Assembly: GCF_004010195.1 (NCBI RefSeq)
Contig: NC_057723.1
Location: 17,050,387-17,114,386 of the forward strand
Source of the DNA: Chiloscyllium plagiosum
Taxonomy: Eukaryota
Direction: 5' to 3'
DNA length: 64,000 nt
Numbering within the stretch: the stretch's first letter is position 1; each line of letters opens with the position of its first letter. This document shows positions 35,431 through 46,938 of the stretch, one piece after another. The notes under the pieces were generated by a model, which made no database searches, was not told the origin of the DNA, and saw only the letters and a list, made by a program, of their open reading frames with translations. The translations under genes were made by a program, and so were the position numbers.

Positions 35431-36299
35431 GTATTTCTTTGCCCTGCTCGGTGAAAGAGTTATTCATGGAAAATTCTCAACCTGCAAACCATGGGAAGAA
35501 GTCACTGTATCACCTGAAGAGTTGGAATGACATAATTGCCATACATTTGGCTTAACCTTTCTGCCTCCCCCTTGTCAATTGTCAGTGGATTATGATTGAT
35601 TATGGTTAACAACACCCCTGCTCCGCCCAGGTTTTTCAGGGATCAGTTCAATCTTCATGCAAAGCACCCATAAGAGTATAATGACAACATGTGAGAAAAA
35701 CAAAGCCTCTGACTTGTTTCCCACAACTTCCAACTTTGAACCAACAGGAACAGGGAGGTCTATTAAGTCCTAATATTTACAGTTGTGATATTTTTAGGTC
35801 TCCTGCTAGGCAACCCATCTAATACATTTACTAACTACTCCCTTCACCACTGATACACAATGGCTGCAGAATGTATCATCTACAAAATGCACTGCAGAGA
35901 ATCATCAATGTTCCTTAGTCAGCAGCTTCTAAATCTATGGCCTCAACTAATTAGAAGGACAAAAGCAGCACATACATAGGAACACCATCACCCACAAAAA
36001 CAAAGGAAAAAGAGGCAAAAACTGACGTTGCAGGTAAAGCTCAGCAAGTCTGGCAGCTTATGTGAAGAGAAATCAAAGTTAACTTTGCAGGTTCAATGAC
36101 CCTTTCTCTTTTGGTTTTTGAAGGAAAGAGAGGCATCCTTATGTCTACATGTCTCAGTCTTTATTTTTATAATAGAAACAAGTGAACATTCTCTTTCTCA
36201 TTCTACCCTCATCTCCCCACCCCTTTAAGGCCAAATGATGCACTTGTTCCACACTGACTCAATTCTCCAATGGTAGTATCATCAAACTAAAGAATTGTG

Positions 36300-37790
36300 A
36301 CACCACAGAAGGAACCCATTCAGTCTATCATGTCTTCAAATGAGTACCTCACTGAGAGACATCTTACTGCATTTCCCTATAACTAACCGCACCTTGCTTC
36401 TTTTCAAATAACTACTTAATTTCCTTTGAAGGCCTCCACAACATTCTTGGGTACTGCATTCCAGAACCGAATTATTTACTGTATGAAAATGCCTTTCCTC
36501 GTATCACTTTTGTTTCTTATTGCTAAAATTTAAATTTATGCCCTCTTGTTCTCAATTATCTCACAAGTGGGTACACTTTCTCCCCATTTACATTGTAATG
36601 CCTTTCATGACTTTGAATTCCTCAATCAGATCGCCTATCTTCCTTCTCTTTTCCAAGTAGAACAATTCCATCTTCTTCACTGTATGAATATACTGACACG
36701 GAACAAGAATAGGCCACTTGGCCCTTTGAGCCTGCTCTGCTATTCAATCCAATCATGGCTGACTCTATTATCACAGAGACATAGTTAACAATCGCACAGC
36801 ACCAAGTTATAGTCTAACAGGTTTATTTGGAAGCACTAGCTTTCGAGGTGCACCCCAGTCCAACACCGACACCTCCGAATCATCACAGAGACAGTGAGTG
36901 AAAGTAAGGAGAATACCTTTACACTGGAATATCATACGTTGGAATGTCATTAAACTGCCTTAAAGGTACAGTGTAAAGACACCATCTCTACTCCCCCTCC
37001 CCCCAGTAGAGTTGTGCCCTTGCTTTTCTAATGTGTCTTCATGTTCCTCTGACCAAAATGTATCACCTCACATTTCTCTGCAATGAACTTCATCTGTCAA
37101 CTACTTGCCCACTCCGCCAACTTGTCTGTGCCATTTCAAAGCTTGACACTATCCTCCACACAGTTTACAATGCTTTAAAAGTTCATTCATACATAAATTC
37201 TGACATTATGTCCTGCACACTAATGTCTAGATCATTAATACATATTTAAGGGATAGCATGGGTTCCAAAACTGGCCCCAAGGGATCTCCACTGCCAACCA
37301 TGCCCTAGCACATAATCATCAATTAAGGATTACCCTCACCTCTCCGCCAATTTTGTATCCATGTTGTTATTCTCTCTTTTAATGCATAAGCTGTAATATT
37401 ACTCTCCACTCATTCGGGTGGCTCTGCATCAAATCTGTACTGAAACCTCATGGTATAATATTTACACAGCTTTGCCCTGATCTCTGCTGCCAAATTTAGA
37501 AAGAAAATATCCAGTAAGTAAGTAAAACATAGTTTTCCTTCAAGAAATTTAAACTGGCTTTCTTTAATTAATCAGACTTTCTCCACATCACAATTAAGTT
37601 TCTCCTGAGTTGCCACATTTAGAAATTCCCTAACCTCTGAAGTCAAACTTTCTAGTCTATAATTGCTTGACTTATTCTTACATCCATCTTTGAACAAGGG
37701 CATAATGTATGCAATTCTCCAGACCTCTGACATCACGCCAACTCACTTTTAAGGAAGACGGAAGAATTATAGCCAGTGACTCCACCTGAG
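36300..37790 (-). mobile_element. Old CR1 fragments
   Basis: CR1-like 3' tail at ~36300 and decayed RT-like sequence to ~37790; small family-B Penelope insert at ~36785-36880. Confidence 0.55.
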
Positions 37791-38744
37791 TCTTGACCAA
37801 TATTTTCCCAACCTCCCATCCTGTTCACAGGCTTGTAATTCAGTTCTTTGATCTGTCTGCCAATTTCTCTTTTGGGGTTCCATTTCACCACAATTCGACC
37901 ATATCAGCTTCCACAATTAGTTTGCATTCATTAATATGAAATAAAAGAACAATTGAGTTATTCAAACTAACAAGAGTAGACAATGATTTACAAAACTTTT
38001 GTGTGGATTTGAGGGCACATATGCATGGCTTACATCTGTCTCATCCTCCAATTTTTATACTCACATATGTCTGTCATTATTACAATACCTTTGAGGTCTT
38101 GCTTGCTAAATTTCTACCAAGCTTCCTAAATTTTGATGAAAAGATAACTTCTCTTTTTCTACCTATGCTGTTAGTTCCGATGCGAATAATGGATCCTAGG
38201 AGTTAAAATGGAGGCAGAGTTAATCATAAGCATTGTCAAGACAAATGGAGCATAAGATGGGAAGGTTTACAGGAAGATGAGATTGGTGGAAATTCTAGCT
38301 CATTATGCAAAGATATAGAATTATGTAAAATATAAAGAAACAGGTGATTTGCCTCAAATCGACTATGCTGGTGTTTATGCTCCATTTGAAGCTATTTTGA
38401 TTGTTGCTGACCTGAATCAACCATCATAACTATCTATTCCCTTCTCATTAATATGATCACCTCATTTTCTCCTAAATGCAGCACCACTTCTTTCCACAAT
38501 TTCTTGCTTTTGGCAATTCTGGATTCTCACCACTCATTAGATGAAAATCCTCCTTCTGAATTATCGGTTTGATTTCCTGGTGACTATTTGACATTATTGG
38601 TCTGTAGTTATACCCCTCCTCAGAACAGTTCATGAGATCAAAACCCTTAATCATTTTAATAAATCTATTAATAAATGAATAAGTCCCTCAGCCATCCTTT
38701 TTTCAAGAGGGAAAACTTCCAACTTGTGGATCCTTTCTTGATAT

Positions 38745-39561
38745 TGTTATGCTCCCAGCTGATGGTATTATGGGAAAAATCAGATTCTAGGGTAAAACCT
38801 GGCATAGTAAGCCATAAGTTTATTTTGTTCTTAGTTCCCATGATAGTGAGTCAATGAACATACTCATGAATCTGTTAATATTCTTTAACAAAAGAATATA
38901 AGTTTATTGCTCAAAGAAGAAGAGCTATAATCGACAAAAGACAATTTCGCAAGATCTTAAAAAATTAACAGCATAAACAAAGATTCGATGTATTTCCCAG
39001 CAAAATCTTTAGTAGCTATTCAATCCATGTGAAGTATAACATCTGCATTAACCTGTAGATTTTGTATTTAATAGACTCTCTCTCTGGCTGAGGTACCACT
39101 TCCTAACTCAAGTAGCTTAAACTTTTCATCTGTTCAGGTAGCTTGAAAGATTTCCAGTTCTGATGGCCTCGAAACTTCTTTCAAAATATGATAACCTCAA
39201 CAAACTTTGACAAACTCTCACCACTTGGAGAATCCAAAAACTAATAAACTGCCCTTCTGCAAGGATAAAGTTGCTCTCTTGAACTGAAATATGATTCTTC
39301 TGAACTCTGATTCTGGACGCAAACTACTACTAGCTCCTGTCAATTTTTGGATGTCTGAACTCAGTATTGTAAACAAATCATCTATTAACTCCAGAGCAAG
39401 CTGGCCAGGCACTTATATCAAAATCACATGCATGTTTGGAAATTATGTTTATAACTCAGAATTCCAAATAATTTTCTGACCTCTTAAAAAAATACCTTCA
39501 CAGAACAATATCCAAATCCATTTGCCTCTCCCTTCAAATCTGCATTTCAAATGAAGTAACA
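38745..39561. mobile_element. Probable solo LTR (~817 bp) inserted in a minus-strand CR1 (38330-39680)
   Basis: TGTTA...TAACA termini, TAT on both flanks; CR1-like sequence resumes on either side. Confidence 0.55.
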
Positions 39562-39719
39562 TATTATTCACCTTTCTCACAATATGTATTCAAACACATT
39601 TCTGCTGTCTTTCTTGTAAATCTTCTTCACACACTTTCTATACCTTTCCTGTAATATGTCAACCAGAACTGCACTCTAAGTATGCTGATTTTCTAAGGGA
39701 ACATTCACCTAGATCTTAC

Positions 39720-39890
39720 TTGCTCTCACAGATGACAAAACAAATTTCATGCTACTGTTTCAAAGGAGAGCAGGGGGTTCTCCCTGAAAATATTTATCCC
39801 TCAACGAACACCTTAAAAGAAAGGGTTGCTGATTCTAATTTATGGTAGTATCAGTACACACTTTTGTTGCAAAATATTGACTGTTGTGTG
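39720..39890 (+). mobile_element. DeuSINE (SacSINE1/AmnSINE1-like) Deu-domain fragment
   Basis: ctactgtttcaaaggagagcagggggttctccc..aatatttatccctcaac resembles the Deu-domain core as I recall it. Confidence 0.55.
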
Positions 39891-40105
39891 ATAATCACAT
39901 CCTAGAACAGCCCCCAGTTTGAGCTCAGTTACAGTTCCAAACACGATACCCCAAAATGTCAAGCTCTCAGCTGAATAGAGATGAATTGGCTCCTCTTACT
40001 TATTCACTCACATCTTGCTTTGTCACCACAAGTTTAATTTTCAAAGGATTTGCTTCACTTGCGCATATCTTCCTCCTAGGCCAAATATATGTAAGATTTA
40101 TAAGG

Positions 40106-42170
40106 GGTCGAGAATGTGGTGCTGGAAACATGCAGTCAGTCAGGCAGCATCCAAGGAGCAGGAGAATCGATGTTTTGGGCAGAAGCCCTTCATCAGGAAT
40201 GAGGTTTGTGGGCCGGGGGGCTGAGAGATAAATGGGAGGGGGATGGGGGGAAAGTAGCTGAGAATGCTATGAAGATGAAGGTGGGAGAGAAGGTGATAAG
40301 TCGGAGAGGAGGGTGGAGTGGATAGATGGGAAAGATGATGAACTGGTCAAGAGGGCGGTGCCGAGTTGGAGGCTTAGGACTGGGATAAGGTGGGGAAAGG
40401 GAAAATGAGGAAACTGAGGAAATCTACATTAATCCTGTGTTGTTGCAGTGTCCCAAGGGGAAGATGAGATGTTCTTCCTCCAGGTATAGAGTGGTAACGG
40501 TTTGGCGATGGAGGAGGCCCAGGACCTGCATGCTCTTGGCGGGGTGGGAGGGACAGTTGAAGTTTTCAGCCATAGGATGGTGGGGATGATTGGTGTGGGT
40601 GACCCAGACATGTTCTCTGAAATGATCTGCAAATTGGTGTCCTGTCGTGCCGATGCAGAGGAGACCACATTGTGTGCAACGGATACAGTAGATGTCATTA
40701 GTGGAGGTCCAGATAGATTTCTATTGGATGTGGAAGGATCCTTTGGGGACTTGGATGGAGGTGAGAGGGAGGTGTGGGCACAGGTTTTGAACCCTGCGGT
40801 AGCAGGGGAAGGTGCCTGGAATGGGGTATGGGCTGGTGGAGTGCGTATATCTGACAAGGAAGTGTGGAGGGAATGCCCTCTCCAAAATGCTGATAGGGGT
40901 GGGGAGGGAAATATATCCCTAATAGTGGGGTCTGGGGTCTGTTTGTAGGTGGTGGGAGTGGCAGAGGTTGATGCGATGTATACTGAATTTGGTGGCATGG
41001 GATGTGAGGGCAAGGAAGTTTCTGTCCTTGTTGAAAGGGGAGGGGTTCAAGGGTGGAGGTGCAGGAATTGGAGGAATTGTGCTGGAGTGCATTGTTGACC
41101 ACGTGGGAGGGAAAATTGTGGTCTTTGAAGGAGGAGACCATCTGGGGTTTTCTATGGTGGAATTGGTCATCCTGGGAACAGATGCTGCAGAGCTGAAGGA
41201 ATTGGGACTAAGGGTTGGCATTTTTACAAGATGCAAGGTGGGAGGAGGCATCATTCAGGTAGCTGTGGGAGTCAGTGGGTTTGTAGTAGATCTCCGTGGT
41301 TAGTTGGTCACAGGAGATGGAGATGGAGAGGTCCAGGAAGGGGAGGGAGGTGCCCAAGATGGTCCAGGTAAACTTGAGGTAGGGTGAAAGGTGTTAGTGA
41401 AGTTGATGAACTGTTCAACCTCCTCGTGGGAGCATGAGGTATCACCAATACAGTCATTGATGTAGTGGAGGAATGGTGTCGGTATAACTGCGGAAATGGG
41501 CTGTTTCATGTACCCGACAAAGAAGCAAGCATAGCTGGGGGTCATGCGGGTGCCCATGGCTATCCCTTTGGTTTGGAGGAAGTGGGACGATTGGAAGGAG
41601 AAGTTGCTAATGGTGAGGACCAGTTCAGCCAGGCAGACAAGGGTGTCAGTGGAAGTGTACTGGTTGTGACGGAGGGCTTGGAGACCTTGTCATGACAGAT
41701 TGATGTGTACAGGGACTGAATGTCCATGGTGAAGCTAAGGCGAAGGTAGCCAGGGAAACAAATTCTTGGAGGAGGTGAAGGGCGTGGATAGTGTCCAGAA
41801 TGTAGGTGGGAAGTTCCTGGACTGGACGGTGTCAATTTATGCAGTGATGAGTTCAGTGGAACAGGAGCAGGCTAAGACAATGGGTCTACTGGGGAAGTCA
41901 GGTTTAGTCGGAGGTAGAATCGGGTGATGCAGGGTTTGCAGATGATGAGATTGGAGGCTGCGGATGGGAGATCCCTAGAAATGACAAGATTGTGGGGATG
42001 ATGGTTTGGTGATGGGAGGTGAGGTCATGACCAAAGAGGGGGTAGCAGTAGGAGGAGGTGTCTGTGAGTGGGCACCTGGCTTCAGCAGTGTAGGGGTCGG
42101 TGCACCAAACTATCACAGCGCTTCTCCACCCCCCAACCCCACACACACCCACCCCCTTTCTGCTGGTTTT
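40106..42170 (-). mobile_element. Penelope family-A element, ~2 kb, degenerate RT + GIY-YIG
   Basis: TMDIQSLYTSI (motif A), MGTRMTPSYACFFVGY (B'), FLHYINDCIG (C), DIYCIRCTQCGLLCIG (GIY-YIG); tttataagg on both flanks. Confidence 0.93.
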
Positions 42171-42171
42171 A

Positions 42172-42823
42172 TAAGGAGCCAATTTAACAAGCCTTTCTTG
42201 AATTCTGGCCATGCTATGGCTTTAAGAGGTGTGTTTTGTCTGCTTTCTTTCAGAGACAGAGACAAGGGTAGGAGCAGAGTAGTCAGTGAGAAGATAAGCA
42301 ATTTGTGAGGGATTAGGGTGTTTTTTAAAGTTGGAAAAATAGAAGCAGATTGAATGGGTGTGGTCAAGCTCTCACAAATCTAGGATTTTTAGTTATCTTT
42401 CAGCAATTCTTGATGGGGTCTCAGCAGGGTTAGAAGGCAGTAAGTCTCCCTCACTGCTACACTCTCTCTCGCCGAATTGTCTTTTGATGATCTTTCCTCC
42501 TGGATAGAATTTGTGAAGTTACCTTTTTTTGCCAAGGTTGTATTTATAGGATGTTACAATATTGGAACACTTAATTAATAATAATCACTGTATCAATTAT
42601 CCTGTTAAGTTTTCCAATAGAGTTAAGTTATTCCAAGTTCTTCTTTCTTTTGTTGCACTTTAACTATAATGTTTGAAGAAATTATGTTTTGCTTAACATT
42701 GATTAGCTTGACCAAAGTTCACCTGGAACATAGGACCTGACATTTAACTTTAAAATAAGAAAAAGTTAAGTTCTCAGCTATCTTCTTAATATATTTTGAG
42801 GAGGTTTAGTCTAGTCGATAACA
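42172..42823 (+). mobile_element. Probable Gypsy-type LTR fragment
   Basis: Ends gaggtttagtctagtcgataaCA; LTR-like composition; 5' end unclear. Confidence 0.5.
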
Positions 42824-44550
42824 GAATTGACAAAGAAGTGAGTTTATTAGTTCACAAATATGAGAGGAAATAATAATGCAACAGATATATCCCCAGATTA
42901 CCAATTAGAATTGAGCCCAAAAGAAGATAAAAGTTAAAAGATATATAGATAATCTCTATAGGTCACTCATGAGGAATAGATTGTGGAACGTTGATTAGTT
43001 GACCAGTTAATTTGATAATTCTTTGTTTTGCAGATATTTGTAATCTTATTGTCCTGTTTTATTTTGACTGGCTTTCTGACTAGATGGTTAATCGTGCTTA
43101 GGAAGAGAGAAAAGGAGAGAAAGTATTTTACTTGAATGTTGAGCTGAATGGTGTTCCTTTAACTGTGACCTCCACAGCACACTCGTACCAGAATCTAGAC
43201 TAGCACAGATGAGTACCCCAGCTTTCTAACACACCTTCTTCCACTAGCAATCATAGATCATGCTGAATGGTTTTTTTTTATCAAGTTTCCTCAATACTTC
43301 ACAGATTTTGACATTCCACGCTTGGACTCTCTCTCTCCTTCCTGACAACTACTGAATTTATATCTGCCATCACTTTGGCTGCATCAGTCATCTTAAAAAA
43401 ATCTATATTTGAATTAAAGTTTAATTTTGAAATAGCTCCACAGAGGTCAGTATCAAGACATCAAGTCATTCTTTATTTCCATGTGGAGAGCCCTTGACAT
43501 TGATCCAGCTCCCTCAGAGCCAACTGTCAGAGTGAACAGGATATCTGACACTCCTGTTCTTATCTGTACGCCTGGGCTCCCACCAACATGTCTATGTCTA
43601 CATCCAATCCTGGCCACCAGACGTAACTTCTCGCCAACATCTTCATTTTGGAAACCCCAAACGACCCTAGTGGAGTTCAGCCAGTATCTGACAGCGACAT
43701 TTGCTTGAGACACTCACTCTTTCGTCCCATAATAGTGTGCCGTCTGCTACTGTGATTGGGTCTCTTCTTTTCCAAAAAGGTTTCAATTCTGGTTGCGACG
43801 GTCCTTTGGTTTCCCCTATCACCAACAGCTGTCTCAGTTGTGCCAGGAGTGGATTTTTCTGCATTCAAAATCTGACATTGTCAGCTGTGACTAGAAGTAT
43901 GGACTTTTGGTCTATCTGCCAGTGGGAGGGAGGGTGGTGGAGGGTGGTTCAGGGGAGAATCTCAATGCATCCAAATTTGCTACATTGCCTCCCGAATGGT
44001 GTTCCAACTTGTAATTTTACACACTTAGTACACAGCCCACTGCTGAATTCAGGCCGAAGCTACGGGTGGCACTGCCTTGTACTCTTTAATTTGACCTAGC
44101 AGGGGTTTGTGGTCTACCTCATCTTCTGTAAAGTTATTGGTAGAACTTCCTGACTCCAAATATGACTGCCAAACCTTCCTTTTCTATCAGGGCATTTTTA
44201 TGCTCTCCATTAGCCAAAGTCCTGGATGCATCTGTTATTGGCCGTTTTTTTCCATTGGGCCATCTATAAGCTAATACTACCCTGATGCTGCACAAGGAGG
44301 CACCGCATGTCAATACTAGATCTCACTTGGGATCACAGTGTGCCATCACCTTAGGGGATGATAGCTGTTTCTTCACTTCCCTGAAAGCTATGGCTTGGCT
44401 TTGTGACTATTTCCAAGGCTGACTCTTTTTTAAGAGTTGATGCAAAGGTACCAAGTTACGTACGAACTTTCCGTAATAATTCACCAGCCCAAAGGAAGGC
44501 AGTACAGATGTTGGAGCCAGGGCACCTTGATCACCATCACTTTGATCCTT

Positions 44551-45164
44551 CCAAGATGGCAGCTGGGGAGTAGTCAGCGCCCAGACTCTTGAGCTCAGGT
44601 CTCATCCATTCTTTCTGCTTTACTTTTCTGCTGTCCTTTTTTTAGTGTTTTCTACTTACCTTTTGGAGGTCGTGGATGCAGTGGTGGCAATGGAACATGG
44701 CAGTGGCTGCACACAAGTGCAAGCCCAGATGATGGTAGTGGCATACGATGGCGAAGGATAGTGGCAGCAGAGATATGGTGCTCAGGGCTGAGGCTTTTCG
44801 AGCAGCGGTGAAGCCTGGCATGCTGGAATGGGTCTTAGCCCAGTGAGAGTGAAAGCATGCAGGAGAGAGCAAGACCTCTTGAGGAAACCCAGCTTGGAGC
44901 ATCTGCAGGCCTATGGCTCAAGAAAGGACTGTAATGTCAGACATTTAACTTTATTTCTTTAATTTTCTACTTATATGCTAAGAAGACTGTAGTGTTGAAC
45001 TTTTAAATTGATTTCTTTATTTTTCTATTTCTGTAATTAAGATTTTGTACTGAGGTACTTTGTACCTAAGATGGCAAAGTGCATGGTAACATTGTACACT
45101 TTTCACTGTACTCTTGTACCCAGTATTTGAGTAGACATGACAATAAAATCTAAATCTATCTAAA
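44551..45164 (+). mobile_element. Non-coding ~610-bp Rex1/Babar-tailed non-autonomous retroelement nested in Gypsy pol
   Basis: Starts ccaagatggc; ends cacttttcactgta..gacaataaa(atcta)n; degenerate TSD tttgatccttcc / tttatcttcc. Confidence 0.65.
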
Positions 45165-46360
45165 TTTATCTTCCAACAGATAACTTGGTCTTATCGACGC
45201 TGTAGCACATGTAGGTCAATGAGGGTGCCTGGAACACAAATTATTCCCTTCTAAGGCATACATCTGCCTTAGACAAATGTCTAGGGACTACATCCAAGTT
45301 GTCTAAGAGCTCCTTATTGGTATTTCCTGTTATCAGCATGCCATCTAGATAGGTGGTGACATAGGGTAGACCTAATGAAATGTTCTCCATCATCTGCTAA
45401 TACCGTAAATAGTAGTCTCAATGTTGGTGTAAACCCTTATGGGTGTTCATTGTAGCATGTTTCTGGAAATCGTCTAACTGCAAGGGCAAGTACTTATGGC
45501 TCATATTCACCTTTATAAAGGACAACCCTAGCCAGCTTTCAGCATAAATCCTGTATTGAGGGACTGGGTATTTATCCAGTTGTGAAAAAGCAGTTTACTG
45601 CTTGTTTAAATTCCCCACAAAGGCGATCTGACCAGTCGGGTTTTACAATCGATGTGATTGGTGCTATCCATACTGCAAACTGTACAGATGTGATGATTCC
45701 TTTATTTTCCAGCCATCTGATTTCTGCCTCTACTTTTGCCCGTATGACAAATGGCACGGTTGGGGGCGGTGGGGGTGGGGTGGGGAGGGTGGGGAAGGTT
45801 GGATCTTGCAGAATCATGGAATTGCTTCCTGGTCTACATGCAAGGTGGCCTTGGCTCCTTTGATAGTCCCCAGACCTTCCTGAAACATTTTCAGTATTTA
45901 ACAAGGACTTCACGCAGGCAACCATTTTTTAATGGAAAAATGTTCAGCTAATCCAGGACAATCTTTCTCAACCAATTTCACCCAATTAAGCTTGTCCCCA
46001 GCCTTTTATTACAATCAGTGGTAACTGAACCAGCTCCTTCTCATAAGCGACTAAAACCAAAGTTGTATCTAAATCTATAAAGGTGCCTCAGTATAGGTTG
46101 TCAGCCTAGCCGAGGTCTTGCATAAGCTTAAGGATTGGAGTCCAGAATGAATTTTGTTAAAGACTGGTTCTGTGATTACTGAAACAGCCACACTAGTATT
46201 GAGCTCCAGTGGAACTGGATGACCATTTAACCACATGTTTATTTTGATTGGTTCTGATTTGGATGTTGCTAAGCAATTTAAATGCTCCAAACTAGGTATA
46301 GGTGGACCATCCAGGGTGTGCACTCTCTTGAATACCGCCCTCTGAGTTCTCTTACTCAAT

Positions 46361-46938
46361 TTCCTTTATTGGTCAGAGTATTGAGTACAGGAGTTGGAAG
46401 GTCATGTTGCGGCTGTATAGGTCATTAGTTAGGCCACTGATGGAATATTGCATGCAATTCTGGTCTCCTTCCTATCGGAAAGATGTTGTGAAACTTGAAA
46501 GGTGTTGCCAGGGTTGGAGGATTTGAACTATAAGGAGTGGCTGAACAGGCTGGGGCTGTTTTCCCTGGAGGCTGAGGGGTGACCTTATAGAGATTTACAA
46601 AATTATGGGGGGTATGGACAGGGTAAATAGGCAAAGTCTTTTCCCTGGGGTGGGGGAGTCCAGAACTAGAGGGCATAGGTTTAGGGTGAGCGGGGAAAGA
46701 TATAAAAAAGACCTAAGGGGCAACATTTTCACACAGAGGGTGGTACGTGTATGGAATGAACTGCCAGAGGAAGTGATGGAGGCTGGTACAATTGCAACAT
46801 TTAAGAGGCATTTGGATGGGTATATGAATAGGAAGGGTTTGGAGGGATATGGTCTGAGTGCTGGTAGGTGGGATGAGATTGGGTTGGACCAAAGGGTCTG
46901 TTTTCATGCTGTACATCTCTATGATTCTATGACTCTAT
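46361..46938 (+). mobile_element. HER1-type CR1 3' fragment nested in Gypsy
   Basis: SRTRGHRFRV..FTQRVVRVWNELP..FKRHLDGYMN; ctatgattctatgactctat tail. Confidence 0.92.
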
